A stretch of DNA of 64,000 bases from Candidatus Acidiferrales bacterium (lineage in GTDB: Bacteria; Acidobacteriota; Terriglobia; Acidiferrales; UBA7541), in NCBI GenBank assembly GCA_963726725.1, contig CAVSDV010000023.1, positions 15,203 through 79,202 of the forward strand. Direction: 5' to 3'. This document shows, piece after piece, positions 20,625-32,082 of this stretch; positions within the stretch are counted from its first letter, which is position 1, and every line of letters starts with the position of its first letter. The notes under the pieces were generated by a model that worked only from the letters and a program-made list of their open reading frames with translations, made no database searches and was not told where the DNA came from. A program made the position numbers and the translations under genes.

Positions 20625-20986
20625 TCTGCTCCCCACACTTTCTCTAGGCGCATGATAAAGCCCCATTCGGAACGCGAATCACGTCGAGACATTTACGCGT
20701 TAAGCGTCGGTGCCACGGGCTGCCCTTTCTCGAATCCGCTGTAATCGTTCGAACTGGACCACAGTACCATCGAAGGTCCGCTCCAAATTGGATTCGTACC
20801 TGAGTAGAGATCTAATGGATTGGCGCTGAGGCTGGTATCGCCCCATCGGACAAACTCCGGTCCCTTTTGAGGCTGTTCTTCATTCGCAATTATCAGTCGA
20901 CGAAGGCGCCAGATAATGGCAGCAATCTTATCGACGAGAAGTTCTTCGAGCGTTCCTTCCGGCTCAAGATCATTCCGAAGTCCATT

Positions 20987-21040
20987 TACCTGGAGATGAT
21001 CTGTGCTGACTTTTTAGCGGGAGCTGTTCTGGAAGAAGGT
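20987..21040 (+). pseudogene. Relic of conserved hypothetical gene (LEMICADFLAGA motif) upstream of HNH
   Basis: YLEMICADFLAGAVLEEG; recalled, not verified, as a motif preceding such HNH genes in acidobacterial mobile regions. Confidence 0.4.
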
Positions 21041-21072
21041 CCGAGTCCGTCACAATTTACTGAGGAGAGCCG

Positions 21073-21434
21073 ATGAATAGATTGCGTCAGCGAATGCGCT
21101 ACACGCGAAAGAATATGCAGGCCTCCGAACTCAAGTTCTCGAGAGAGACGGATGGCGTTGCCAGTTCTGCGGTTCCCCGGACAACTTGAACGTCCATCAT
21201 CAAAGACCACGCGGCAAGGGTGGTGACGATGGCTTAGAAAACCTCATCACCCTATGCGCCACTTGCCATCACAATGTCCATGAGGGTTCAGGTGCATGTA
21301 ACCGCGCCGGAAAATCGATCCCACGCTTTCTCGGTCGCCAATCTGCCTGCCATCGGCGTCGCCAGTCCCTTGAGATCCCTATGTCGCTTGGCGGGATGGC
21401 GGAGCTAGTTGCTGGCGAAGTACGTGGACTTTAA
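21073..21434 (+). pseudogene. Small HNH endonuclease, frameshift near 21095
   Basis: GAGGAG RBS; VLERDGWRCQFCGSPDNLNVHHQRPRGKGGDDGLENLITLCATCHHNVH. Confidence 0.85.
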
Positions 21435-21445
21435 AATCCTTAAGA

Positions 21446-22759
21446 ATGACTACGGTTGCGATTGGTATCGACTTTGGCACGACAAATAGCTCCATTGCTC
21501 GCGCTACTGACACGGGCGCGGTTGAGCTTGCGCACTTCCCATACATGGGCGAAGTGACCGCCGCCTATCGGTCACTCCTCTATCTCGAGCAAATGAAAGA
21601 GCGGGGTATCAACACAATTAAGTCGTGGAGCGGACCGGATGGTATTGAACACTACCTCGCCGCGGACCACAAAGGCCGACTGATTCAATCGCTAAAGTCT
21701 TTTCTGAGTAATCGCAGCCTCCAGGGTACGGACGTTTTTGGCCGAAAATACACGCTCGAGGAACTGATCGCGCGTATCCTGAGAGACCTGCGTGAAAAGG
21801 CCGCTTCCCAGTTTGGTGTCCCCATTCTGAAAGCCGTAGTCGGCAGACCGGTACGATTTGTCGGAGCTGAGACCGAGGAAGAGGATTGCTATGCGGAAAA
21901 TCGTCTCAGAAAGGCATTCAAGATTGCCGGATACGAGTCTGTACAGTTCGAATTTGAGCCGATAGCGGCGGCGCACTACTATGAGTCAACGCTTGATCAC
22001 GATGAACTCATTCTGATTGGAGACTTCGGAGGCGGCACGAGTGACTTTTCTTTGGTGCGGGCCGGTCCAAGTATCCGTCGCCGAGGTAGAAGTGCAGCTG
22101 ACCTTCTTGGTAACGCGGGCGTCGCAGTGGCGGGCGATTCGTTTGATGCGAAGCTAATTCGACATCTTATGTCTCCCGCTCTGGGCGCCGGCACGGACAT
22201 GCGTTCGATGAAGAGGCTTTTACCGATACCCTCTTGGATCTATGGCAAGTTGGAACGCTGGCATCATCTCTCATTTCTGAGAGCGAAGGATGTGATGGAC
22301 TTGCTCAGCCGTATCAAGACTGATGCGATTGAGCCTCAGAAAATCGCCGCTTTAATCCATCTCATAAAAGAGGATCTCGGATATCAATTGCACCAGTCTG
22401 TTCAGGCAGTGAAGTACGATCTATCGAACAATCCGGCAGCGATGTTTCGTTTCCATGATGGAGTAGTTGATGTTACCGCCAGAGTAGAGCGTTCTTCTTT
22501 TGAAGCCTGGATCTCCGAGGAACTGAAGCAGATTGAGTCCTGTTTGGACTCCTTGCTTAGGGTAAGTGGAGTTCACCCGAGAAAAGTCGATGCAGTGTTT
22601 CTGACCGGCGGATCGTCATTTGTGCCTGCAGTAAGAAGAATTTTTTCGACGCGCTTCGGAGAGCAACGGATCAGGACTGGAAATCAATTTACCTCCGTGG
22701 CGTGGGGTTTGGCTCTCAGAGGGTCTACCCTGGACGAACTTGATTCGGACGAGGGTTGA
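21446..22759 (+). CDS. YegD-like Hsp70-family protein
   Basis: GIDFGTTNS, VVGRPVRF, EPIAAA, DFGGGTSD, LTGGSSFVP; no DnaK substrate-binding domain. Confidence 0.9.
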   Translation: MTTVAIGIDFGTTNSSIARATDTGAVELAHFPYMGEVTAAYRSLLYLEQMKERGINTIKSWSGPDGIEHYLAADHKGRLIQSLKSFLSNRSLQGTDVFGRKYTLEELIARILRDLREKAASQFGVPILKAVVGRPVRFVGAETEEEDCYAENRLRKAFKIAGYESVQFEFEPIAAAHYYESTLDHDELILIGDFGGGTSDFSLVRAGPSIRRRGRSAADLLGNAGVAVAGDSFDAKLIRHLMSPALGAGTDMRSMKRLLPIPSWIYGKLERWHHLSFLRAKDVMDLLSRIKTDAIEPQKIAALIHLIKEDLGYQLHQSVQAVKYDLSNNPAAMFRFHDGVVDVTARVERSSFEAWISEELKQIESCLDSLLRVSGVHPRKVDAVFLTGGSSFVPAVRRIFSTRFGEQRIRTGNQFTSVAWGLALRGSTLDELDSDEG

Positions 22760-22825
22760 TGCAATCGCAGACCGTCTTGACGATCTGGATGACCGAAATC
22801 CTGCCTGTAGTTTTTCGCCGGTCAG

Positions 22826-23065
22826 CTAGGCCAAGTCGGGTAGCTCATCCCGCGAGATCAGCAGATGGATTGATCGAGCCTGCCCGGGCGTCCGCGCGAT
22901 GAGTCCGCGCGCTTCGAGTGTCAAGACCATCTGATGTACGGTTGGCGGACTGACTAGAAAGTACTGCTGCATTTCGGCCTCTGAGGGCGAACATCCGTGG
23001 ATTTTGCTGTAGTAATAAATGAAGGCCAGGTACTGGCCCTGTTTATCCGTATATGTTTTCTTCAT
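22826..23065 (-). CDS. Stand-alone LexA/MarR-like winged-helix protein
   Basis: YTDKQGQYLAFI...PSEAEMQQYF.VSPPTVHQMVLTLE.RGLI.RTPGQARSI. Confidence 0.8.
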   Translation of the reverse strand: MKKTYTDKQGQYLAFIYYYSKIHGCSPSEAEMQQYFLVSPPTVHQMVLTLEARGLIARTPGQARSIHLLISRDELPDLA

Positions 23066-23932
23066 AGGCACCACAGAACGTCTGGAACTGGAACCGGTCG
23101 TCTGACCGTGAAGGATATCGCATATCTGATGTTAGGGCCGGTGAAAGCCTGCGTGGTTCACTTCGTCGGTGAACACGTCTTCTGTCTGGCTCGAGCGATG
23201 GCCAGATCCAACCGAGTCAAGGCTACTTCGTCGAGACGGCCATAAATTGACGCTTCCGTTTGTGCCGACAGGAATTTGGAGCTGTAGGAAGCTTGCGCAA
23301 GCTGGTCCCGTTAAGATCGCCAATGGAGCAACTCCCCTGAACGGGAATTCGAAAACAACCAACGGGTAATGACGCCGTGACTCGACCAGAACTATCGAGG
23401 TAGTGACACCGTTCCTAAACGGTTCGGGCGGCAGGCGCGCCAATAATGTACCAGATTGCATTTGCGCAGGTTATACTCACCAGACCGCAGCATTTTTACG
23501 ACAACTCCTCGCTCGTGATCTTCCTATAATCGGCTCGAACCAGGTCGGTCGATTGCTCCAATCTCATCACTGAGAGCGGCTAAGGGCAAGAGCACACGGC
23601 GCACAGCCGCGTTCCATCTGAGATGCCGGCGCTAACGGCCTTCGGTCTCACTTCCGTTTGGCTCGCGGGTTCCTTGGCTTTCTTTGCTGTCTTCTTTGCG
23701 GCTTTCCCTTCTTCTTCATTTTCATTTTGCGTTCTCCGCTGTAACGCACCCGGCCCTTGGTCAAGTTGTTCAGCGTATTGGTTAGCTTGCCTTTGACACG
23801 AGAGAGGTTGACAGGTGGCTCTAAAGCTGCTGTCTTAACGGGTGGCATCAGTGGCATGGATGGCGCGAGGTCCGTCTACGCTGCATCCTTCCGTCGTTGG
23901 CGACAGACAGAATGAAAGGGAAACAAGACTCT

Positions 23933-25345
23933 ATGGCCGCTAAACTGCGTGCACATCGGTTGATCGAAATCGCCTGGCCGGAGTTCGGTAGCGGTACTTG
24001 TCCGCTCCGGCCATCGACTCACGAACTTGAAGCAAGGATCGACAACCTAAGAGCCCGTATGGAGGAACTTAAGCTTACACATATCGTCGTATATGGTGAC
24101 CGCGAGCACTTCGCCAATCTGACCTACCTCACTGGGTTCGATCCCCGGTTCGAAGAGGCACTTCTGATCATCAGGCGAGCGAGCACTCCGCTAATCCTTG
24201 TCGGGAACGAGTGCGTGTCATATCTAGGTGTAAGTTCCCTCCATACCTCGGGGCGAATGCGTCATGAGCGTTTCCAGTCGTTCTCTCTGCTGAGTCAACC
24301 TCGAGACCAGAGCCGAACTCTTCGGGAGATTTTCGCTGACGAAAGTATCGGCCCTATGGCACGTGTAGGGTGTGTGGGATGGAAGTACTTCTCCGAAGAC
24401 GAACATCCCAACGCTGCTCATGCATTGGATATTCCGGCATATCTGGCCGACACTCTTCGACAACTAGCTGGGGCAGAAAACGTGGTCAACGTAACCGACC
24501 TATTGATGCATCCCGGTCATGGCCTTCGCGCACAGTGCACTCCGATTGAAATTGCTTACTTCGAGTACGCCAATGTACAAGCCGCGGAATCTGCTAAGCG
24601 CATGATTTTTGCACTGCAAGAGGGCGTGACGGACCATTCGGTGATCGAGTGTGGCTGCCTCAACGGGGACCCGTTGAGTTGTCACGTAACGTTTGCCACC
24701 GGCAGCAACTCGGAACTCGGTCTTTGCGGACCGAGCGGTCAACTTATTCGTCGAGGCCAGACCCTTTCCTTCAATGTTGCATACTGGGGCAGCAATGTTT
24801 GCCGCGCTGGCTGGATTGCGCATAGTGCCGCAGACCTTCCCCTCGCAGCAGCAGATTATGTTTCCTCTTTCGCTGGTCCTTACTTCGAGGCAATGGGCGA
24901 GTGGTTCGCCTTAATGAAATTAGGCACTCCGGGAGAAAAGTTTTACAACCTGATTCACGAGCGCCTGCCGTTTGCGCAATTCGGAATCTACCTCAATCCC
25001 GGACATCTGATTCACCTGGACGAGTGGCTGAGCTCCCCGTTCTATGCGGGCTCTCAGATTTCTGTGGCTTCAGGCATGTACATCCAGTCCGACGTCATCC
25101 CGCAATCCAGCCGGTACTTCTCAACTCGTGTGGAGGACGGTCTGGTAGTCGCAGACAGGGAATTTCGTGGCAAGCTGAAAGAATTTGCTCCCGACTGTTA
25201 TGAACGATGTCAAAGGAGACGCCGGTTCATGAGCAACGTACTCGGCATTGAGTTACCCGAAGAAGTCTTGCCGCTCTCGAATACCGCTGGTATTGTGCCG
25301 CCATTTTTTCTTAAACCTAATATCGTGCTGGCACTGGAACCCTAA
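23933..25345 (+). CDS. Creatinase/Xaa-Pro aminopeptidase (M24)-like protein
   Basis: VYGDREHFANLTYLTGFDPRFEEAL, LNPGHLIHLDEW, RVEDGLVVAD; start may be 23897-23933. Confidence 0.75.
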   Translation: MAAKLRAHRLIEIAWPEFGSGTCPLRPSTHELEARIDNLRARMEELKLTHIVVYGDREHFANLTYLTGFDPRFEEALLIIRRASTPLILVGNECVSYLGVSSLHTSGRMRHERFQSFSLLSQPRDQSRTLREIFADESIGPMARVGCVGWKYFSEDEHPNAAHALDIPAYLADTLRQLAGAENVVNVTDLLMHPGHGLRAQCTPIEIAYFEYANVQAAESAKRMIFALQEGVTDHSVIECGCLNGDPLSCHVTFATGSNSELGLCGPSGQLIRRGQTLSFNVAYWGSNVCRAGWIAHSAADLPLAAADYVSSFAGPYFEAMGEWFALMKLGTPGEKFYNLIHERLPFAQFGIYLNPGHLIHLDEWLSSPFYAGSQISVASGMYIQSDVIPQSSRYFSTRVEDGLVVADREFRGKLKEFAPDCYERCQRRRRFMSNVLGIELPEEVLPLSNTAGIVPPFFLKPNIVLALEP

Positions 25346-25496
25346 CCAGCTCTCGTATGCGTAGCAGCTTCTGGACGCCCTAACGCCATTTTATCAAGCA
25401 CCAATTTTCGAAAAAGGAAGGCTCGGATCTGTGATAAAGCTAAGTAGGCCAAGGGCATAGTTTTCCTAATGATCGTTTACTGAAAGAGGTTGCCAA

Positions 25497-26957
25497 GTGA
25501 GCGCTGAGACCACCGATCCCAATGCGGATCCTCAGCTTCGACGCAATTCGCTCGGTCTTTCGGAGTTGGTGTTCCAGGGTGTCACGCACATCGCACCGGC
25601 GACCAACGTGGTGTTTACGTTCCCGATCATCGCGCTCAAGGCCGGACCAGTCATGCCGCTCTCGTTCCTGTTGGCCACGATCATCTGTTTCTTTATAGGG
25701 AACACGGTGTCCCAGTTCTCCCGGTACATACCATCGAGTGGCGGCTACTACTCCTTCGCTACTCGTGGACTGGGGAATCGCAGCGGCTTCATGGCCACTT
25801 GGAGCTACCTAATTTATGAGGTTCTCGGAACGGCCGGATGCACCGGTTTTCTTGGTTACCTTGTCTCGGACATGTTGCAAATGCAATTCCGTGTGAACAT
25901 CCCATGGTGGTCGTTCGCCTTGGCCACATCTGCTCTCGTCTGGTCGCTCACTCACCATGGCATCCAGCTATCGGCTCGTATCACTGCGCTTTTGGGCGGT
26001 CTCGAAGTGCTAATTATGTTAGCGCTCGGAATCACCTTTCTGATTCATCCACGACCGGGCTCCACTTACATTGCGCCGCTAAATCCCTCCGCGTCACCCC
26101 ACCACTTCGGCGGCATCTTGGCAGGGATGGTTTTCTCTATTCTGGCCCTGAGCGGCTTCGAGGCGCCGGCACCGCTCGCCCAGGAAGCCCGCCGTCCCGC
26201 AAAGTTCATCGGCCAGGCGATCACGCTCTCGCTGGTTGCTATCGGTATCTTCTACATTTTCATGTCCTACGCGAGCTCGATCGGCTGGGGAACCGAGGAT
26301 ATGGCTACCTTCGCCTCCAGTCCAAACCCGTACTACGTTCTTGGCCATGCATTGTGGGGCGCAGGATGGTGGTTCGTTGTCCTCGCTATCATCAATAGCG
26401 CCGTTGGTGTCGGTCTTGCTTGCACCAACTCTGCGTCACGTGTGATGTACACGATGGGTAAAGCCGGCACACTCCCTGCTAGTTTTGGGCGTATCCATCC
26501 AGGGCACCGGACACCTACGTTCGCGATCGCTTTTGTGCAGTTATCTGGCATCGCAGCAATCCTGCTGGTAGGCGTGCTGCTGAAACCTGATTACATCTTC
26601 GGTTTCCTTGAAACAATTGCCACACTCGCGGTCATCGTTCTTTATGCTATGGCGAACCTGGCCTTGACGCGCTATATGCGCCGGGAACAGCGTGCCAAAT
26701 TCACTGTCTGGCAACACGTGGTGGTCCCATGGATCGCGACCCTGGCTCTGCTACCCGTCCTCTTCGTCACCGTCTATCCGGAACCCGCCTGGCCCTACAA
26801 CATAACGCCCTTCGTGTTTTTCGTTTCACTCCTCGTCGGCTTTGCCTACATGCAGTGGCGCGAGTCGCGCAATCCCGGAGCGCTTAGCCGAGGTGCAATG
26901 ATGCTCATTCGCAGCGGTGGCACCTCGGAGGGCGAGTTGGAATGTGACGAACCCTAG
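25497..26957 (+). CDS. APC-family amino acid permease
   Basis: About 12 TM helices, PSSGGYYSF, GFEAPAPLAQEA, SRVMYTMG, HRTP. Confidence 0.9.
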   Translation: MSAETTDPNADPQLRRNSLGLSELVFQGVTHIAPATNVVFTFPIIALKAGPVMPLSFLLATIICFFIGNTVSQFSRYIPSSGGYYSFATRGLGNRSGFMATWSYLIYEVLGTAGCTGFLGYLVSDMLQMQFRVNIPWWSFALATSALVWSLTHHGIQLSARITALLGGLEVLIMLALGITFLIHPRPGSTYIAPLNPSASPHHFGGILAGMVFSILALSGFEAPAPLAQEARRPAKFIGQAITLSLVAIGIFYIFMSYASSIGWGTEDMATFASSPNPYYVLGHALWGAGWWFVVLAIINSAVGVGLACTNSASRVMYTMGKAGTLPASFGRIHPGHRTPTFAIAFVQLSGIAAILLVGVLLKPDYIFGFLETIATLAVIVLYAMANLALTRYMRREQRAKFTVWQHVVVPWIATLALLPVLFVTVYPEPAWPYNITPFVFFVSLLVGFAYMQWRESRNPGALSRGAMMLIRSGGTSEGELECDEP

Positions 26958-27663
26958 CCCCTCTATAGTGTCTGCTCACGTAAGCATCAAGCCAGCTTGG
27001 CCTAGGAGCCAGCCATCAGACCGGCTGGACTAGCTTGGTGGCAAAACTGATCGAGCTGTTCGGTCGCCTTGATGCGAGACAAATATCAAGCGTTTGCGAA
27101 CAAAGCGGGAGCCACGTAACAATCGCTTCGACCGAGCCTCAAGAACGCAGATTGTGTGAGACGAACGACCAACAGGACTCTCCGGCATTCGCACGGGAGC
27201 TAACAATCTAGAAGGCTTAGGGGAGCCGTCTCTAGTTCTTGATCGTCGCCGCCTCAATCGGAATTATTCTTTGGTTAGTTTCCGCGCTATGCAACCGGGG
27301 ATTCGACAAACATTTCGAACAAATTTCTAGTGTTTATCGCACTTCAGCAGCCTACATGCAGTATAGAGAAATTGCCGTGGGTCGTTGCCCGCACCGTTGA
27401 AAGTTCGCAAATGGGAAGTTCCCTGAGAGCCTGAGAACCTGGTGGCAGTTGCATGCCAATGGGGTTGGGTGTAGGTTATCGGTCGGGCCGGGAAGCCAAA
27501 ATTGGAATTCCGTGCTGGATGAACGTGTTCCAAAGAAGGGGAACTGAAAGGCGGTAAGGTCGTCGATCACGACGAGTACCGTAGTAGCTACCATTCGCAG
27601 CGAGCATGCCAATCCGACCTGGAATGTAAACTCTAGCCCAATCTCAATGGGGAGGAAATAACC

Positions 27664-27954
27664 ATGGGACATTACGTTACGCTGATCCGATACACGCAGC
27701 AGGGCGCAGGGAAAATTAAGGAAAGCCCGAAGCGGCTGGACGCGGCCAAGAAAGCCGCCGAGGCCGCCGGCGGAAAGATTCACGCTTGGTACTTGACCAT
27801 GGGAAAGTACGATGCCGTAATTATCTCTGAGTTTCCCAACGATGAGGCGAGCGCGAAATTCATGCTGTCTACGGGATCAATGGGCAACGTCACTACGCAA
27901 ACCCTGAAAGCCTTTACCGAAACAGAATACCGCAAAATCGTCGCTTCTCTCTGA
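27664..27954 (+). CDS. GYD-domain protein
   Basis: YVTLIRYTQQG...YLTMGKYDAVII...GNVTTQTLKAF; GAGGA RBS. Confidence 0.85.
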   Translation: MGHYVTLIRYTQQGAGKIKESPKRLDAAKKAAEAAGGKIHAWYLTMGKYDAVIISEFPNDEASAKFMLSTGSMGNVTTQTLKAFTETEYRKIVASL

Positions 27955-27975
27955 GCGTACAGTAGCGAAAAGAGC

Positions 27976-28066
27976 GGTGCATACAGAATGAGTTTCAAGG
28001 ACGCATCGGGGAAAACCATCTCCGACAAAGGAAAGTATCTGACCGTGTGGAAGGAGCAGGCGGACA
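27976..28066 (+). pseudogene. Fragment of DUF4440/NTF2-like protein
   Basis: GAYRMSFKDASGKTISDKGKYLTVWKEQAD. Confidence 0.6.
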
Positions 28067-28089
28067 ATCACTCGGAATCATACTTTCCT

Positions 28090-28476
28090 TCATTTTCTTG
28101 AAGCGACCTTTCGGCGCTTCCGCGCTGGCGAACGGGGCGCGGCGTTGCGAGTCACAAACTTGTGGGCCATGCCGAGCAAATCCTGCAACACATTGCAATT
28201 GACGCGAGAGAGGCGGACTAGCACCGCGTTATAGCCGGCGTAGTGGTCCGTCACGTAGTAAACATCGGGGTCCGCAGCGAGCAGCTCGGCGCGATCATCG
28301 AAATCCACGCGAAGGACAAGCGAATCGGGTTCGGCGGAGCGATTAGCCGGGACACACGCCAGGAGTTTTCCATGGACCTTGAGTGCCGGGAACCCGTACG
28401 CCGTGCTCTCCTCAACGCCGGGCAAAGCAAGTCCGATATTCCGTACGGTGTCGAAGTCGATTGTGCTTCTGGGCAT
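28090..28476 (-). CDS. MmcQ/YjbR-family protein
   Basis: LALPGVEESTAYGFPALKVHGK...YYVTDHYAGYNAVLVRL. Confidence 0.85.
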   Translation of the reverse strand: MPRSTIDFDTVRNIGLALPGVEESTAYGFPALKVHGKLLACVPANRSAEPDSLVLRVDFDDRAELLAADPDVYYVTDHYAGYNAVLVRLSRVNCNVLQDLLGMAHKFVTRNAAPRSPARKRRKVASRK

Positions 28477-28738
28477 TGGTCAGAGCGATTCCTTAGAACT
28501 CACTGTTCTTCTTTGGCTCGGTATAGGCAACGAATATGCCTCCGGAGTTTGACGTGGCTGTGATTATCCCCGAGAGTCGGAACGCTTTCAAGAATAAGTC
28601 CTGTGGACGAGTGAAAGGACAAATGCCTTCGGCTCCAGAAGGAAAATTCCGGACGGTTATGTGGCTAATGCGGAAGTACAATTCGGAAGCGACTCGGTAG
28701 CGGGAAGCTAATGCGTGCGTATCAGGAGGCCCACCGTG

Positions 28739-30679
28739 ATGCGGAACCTTAAAGACAAGTTCGTCGTCGGTTTTTTCTCCTGTGTGTGCCTGCTGGTTGT
28801 GCTCGCCGCTGGCACTCCGCTCCACGCTCAGAGCAATGCGAGCTTCGGTATCAGTGAGGCGAAGAACGTTATGGTCACCATGCGGGACGGAGTAAAGCTT
28901 GCGGCTGACATCTACCGCCCCACACAAAACGGTCAGCCCATTGACAACAAGTTTCCCGTGATTCTGGTGCGGACGCCGTACGACAAGGACGACGCCGCGC
29001 CGATTGCGAACTCCTTCGTGCCATACGGATACGTGGTCGTGCTTCAGGACGTACGTGGCCGCTACCAGTCGGAGGGGCACTGGTATCCGCTCATCGATGA
29101 TCCGAATGACGGGTTTGATACCGCCAAGTGGATTGGGTCGCAGCCGTGGTGCGATGGTGGCATCGGTACGATGGGGTCGTCCTATGCCGGTGCGACGCAA
29201 CATGCCCTCGCCATTGGCAACGCTCCCTATGTAAAGGCGATGGTTCCCCGTAATGCGATGTCGGACTTCGGTCGTTACGGTGTCCGCCATAACGGCGCCT
29301 TCGAACTGCGCTTTTTCAACTGGGTCTTGACCCTGGGCAACGCCAGCGGAACTCCGAATGCGCTCGCGGCGGCCCGACGCGCCGCTTCCGATCCAGCCGC
29401 TGCGAAAGCTCTCGTGGACATGGGTACGCAGGTCCGCGAATATGTGCGCAGCCTTCCGTTGCGACCGGGCACAACTCCGCTCAAGTTTGCTCCCGATTAC
29501 GAAGGCTGGCTGATTGAAGCGATGAGCCATGGCGATTACGACGCATTCTGGAAGGATGCAGGCGCCAGCGTGGTTGACCATCTGGCTGAATACAAGGATA
29601 TTCCGGAATACCACACCACGGGTTGGTACGATTCCTGGGGCACTCAGGTCGCCAACTTGAATTACGTTGAGCTACGAAGGACCAAGAAAAGCCTCCAGCG
29701 GCTGATCATTGGACCATGGATCCACAGCAGTGAGAATCTCAGTTACGCCGGTGAAGCGCAGTTCACCGAGGACGCGGCGCTCGATCTCGCAGCGTTTCAC
29801 CTGCGATGGTTCGATCACTGGTTGAAGGGCATTGACAACGGGGTGAATCATGAACCTCCCGTGCGGATCTACGTGATGGGCGGAGGCGATGCGCACAAGA
29901 CACCCGAGGGCCGCATTTTCGTGGGGGGACACTGGCGCGACGAACAGGAGTGGCCGCTGGCACGGACGGTGCCAACGCCCTACTACTTGCACGCGAACGG
30001 CGTCCTCTCGCCGGACAAGCCGGCGGAAGATCAGCCCATCACCTATCAGTTCGACCCTCGGAACCCGGTACCGACGTTGGGCGGGAATGTTTCTTCGCAA
30101 GGAACGCTGATGTTCCAAGGAGCGGCCGACCAGCGGTGTCGGCTCGACTTCTGGCTGTGCTCTGACACCAAGCCCCTCGCAACCCGAAATGATGTACTGG
30201 TATTCCAAACACCTCCGCTCACAAACGACATAGAGGTTACGGGCCGCCTGATCGTGAAACTCTGGGCGTCTTCGAACGCTCTCGATACCGATTTCACAGC
30301 CAAGCTTGTCGACGGGTATCCTCCCAACGCCGACTTTCCTGGCGGTGTGGATCTCAATGTTGCCGATAGCATCGTGCGCGCTCGATACCGCAACGGTTTC
30401 GGCAAGGCCGAGCTCCTGAACCCCGGACAGTCCTACGAGTTCACGATCGAGATGTATCCGACGTCGCTCGTTTTCAAGCGGGGCCACCGGATTTGCCTCG
30501 ACATTTCGAGCAGCAACTTCCCGCGGTTCGACATCAACCCAAACACGGGTGAGCCACTCAACAATAACCGCCGTTGGCAGGTTGTGGAGAACACTATCTA
30601 TCTGGACGCGAAGCACCCTTCTCAGATCATCCTCCCCATCATTCCATCGGAGACGACGAGTGCGTCAATACATAAATGA
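28739..30679 (+). CDS. Secreted CocE/NonD-family serine hydrolase (peptidase S15)
   Basis: MRDGVKLAADIY, RTPY, QDVRGRYQSEG, GSSYAG nucleophile, GWYD, GPWIH, SSSNFPRFD. Confidence 0.92.
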   Translation: MRNLKDKFVVGFFSCVCLLVVLAAGTPLHAQSNASFGISEAKNVMVTMRDGVKLAADIYRPTQNGQPIDNKFPVILVRTPYDKDDAAPIANSFVPYGYVVVLQDVRGRYQSEGHWYPLIDDPNDGFDTAKWIGSQPWCDGGIGTMGSSYAGATQHALAIGNAPYVKAMVPRNAMSDFGRYGVRHNGAFELRFFNWVLTLGNASGTPNALAAARRAASDPAAAKALVDMGTQVREYVRSLPLRPGTTPLKFAPDYEGWLIEAMSHGDYDAFWKDAGASVVDHLAEYKDIPEYHTTGWYDSWGTQVANLNYVELRRTKKSLQRLIIGPWIHSSENLSYAGEAQFTEDAALDLAAFHLRWFDHWLKGIDNGVNHEPPVRIYVMGGGDAHKTPEGRIFVGGHWRDEQEWPLARTVPTPYYLHANGVLSPDKPAEDQPITYQFDPRNPVPTLGGNVSSQGTLMFQGAADQRCRLDFWLCSDTKPLATRNDVLVFQTPPLTNDIEVTGRLIVKLWASSNALDTDFTAKLVDGYPPNADFPGGVDLNVADSIVRARYRNGFGKAELLNPGQSYEFTIEMYPTSLVFKRGHRICLDISSSNFPRFDINPNTGEPLNNNRRWQVVENTIYLDAKHPSQIILPIIPSETTSASIHK

Positions 30680-30707
30680 CAAAAGGCAGCGATGCGAGTG
30701 GTCCTTC

Positions 30708-30953
30708 AAATAATGGGGCGGTTTTCTCACGATATGGCTCGGTGGATGTGGCACTGGTCTGGCCGCTGCGCTATTCGCATTTTCGCCAGCGGAAGTAATC
30801 GATACGAAGGACCTGGACGCGTTGAGCAAGATTGTGGAAGTGCTGGCGCGGAAGTGGTGAGCCCAGGCGCTCTCGCACCTGCGACAGCGCCAAGACGTCA
30901 TCTTAATTGAGAACCGAGTGGCGGGTCCAAGGACTGAGTTCAGGAGCCCAGGG
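30708..30953 (+). repeat. Copy 2 of M42 gene 3' end plus about 95 nt downstream
   Basis: Encodes GAVFSRYGSVDVAL...EVIDTKDLDALSKIVEVLARKW* with indels; shares TCTCGCACCTGCGACAGCGCCAAGACGTC with copy 1. Confidence 0.92.
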
Positions 30954-31083
30954 TGCCCACCTTTCACACTAACGGCTTCGACTGCGGGTGGATTGAGCGA
31001 TACGGCTCTCATGAGAACACCATCACGGTAAGACGTTGGCCATTTGATTAATCGGAAGTGTGGAGCAATGGTGGCTACTCACC

Positions 31084-31326
31084 TCAATGTCCTTTCCGTC
31101 GCACCTTCACTTTAAGTCCAAGCGAATAGTGAATCTGAACGGCGGAATCCCCACAGACCTTGCCGTTCCAACCACACGCTTTGCACCTGCCTTCATAGAT
31201 TCGCGCTTTGATCTCGTCCATAGGCACAACGCCTTCACAAGGATACTCGACGGAAACCTCATGCCTCCCACAATAGACACAGCGGAACTTCAGAACGTAC
31301 CCGCGAGTTTCTGCCCCGGTCATCAC
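31084..31326 (-). CDS. Small zinc-finger-like protein
   Basis: CVYC...CKAC pairs, 80 aa. Confidence 0.55.
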   Translation of the reverse strand: MMTGAETRGYVLKFRCVYCGRHEVSVEYPCEGVVPMDEIKARIYEGRCKACGWNGKVCGDSAVQIHYSLGLKVKVRRKGH

Positions 31327-32082
31327 TTCAACTCAACACTCGCTCTCTGGAACTTTGCGCTGGTGAGCCACGCACATAGGTCGGAGGAATTCTTTCTGAT
31401 CTGTCGTGATGGTGGCTAGGGTCCCGATGGCCACGAGAAATTCGCGAAGCTTTCGCGTCACAGTGATTCGAGCTTCCGCCGGAACTTATATGCTGCTACC
31501 GTCATCGGCGGTTTCTTCGTCGGCGTTAAGTCAATTTCGTTTGAGTCGGTGTCTTCGACTTCTGAGGGTTGGGTCTGGACATTGACGGCACCTTCATTTT
31601 TTGCCGTGCAGAACTCTCGAAGTCTATGAACGTCCAGTGGAAAAACGCTTTCCATTTTAAGTCCTTCACTGGGCGTGGGAAGAAGGTTTTTGTCGGCGTT
31701 ACAGTTTAAAACGAGAGGGACTGTCCGACCCATACACTAAACCCGGTATGGGTGTGGCCTCGAATCCAGTATTGTATCTGACAAGGGCGAACCCTCCGAG
31801 ACCCAAGCAAAAGGTTACGTAATTCGCAGCGGCCTCGTTATGACATCAATCGGAAATCAACTGGAGGCTGTACCCAGGCTGTCGAGCTGTGTTCCCCAGA
31901 CCTGGAAACGACGCCTCGCATTAATCGCTCGATCCCGGGAGACGCATGGACGCCTTGCACATGCTCTTCCCTGCAATACTCGGCGGACCTATACTTTAGG
32001 CAGCTGTAACCTACGGGAGAATCCTCTTCCTTTAGCCGCTCGTACAGTAGAGGCTCGACCTACGTCCACTCCGGGAGCACTC

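Noticed and set aside
23648-23857. Short Lys/Arg-rich ORF
   Set aside because: No recognisable family or clear RBS; may be the tail of a deleted gene.
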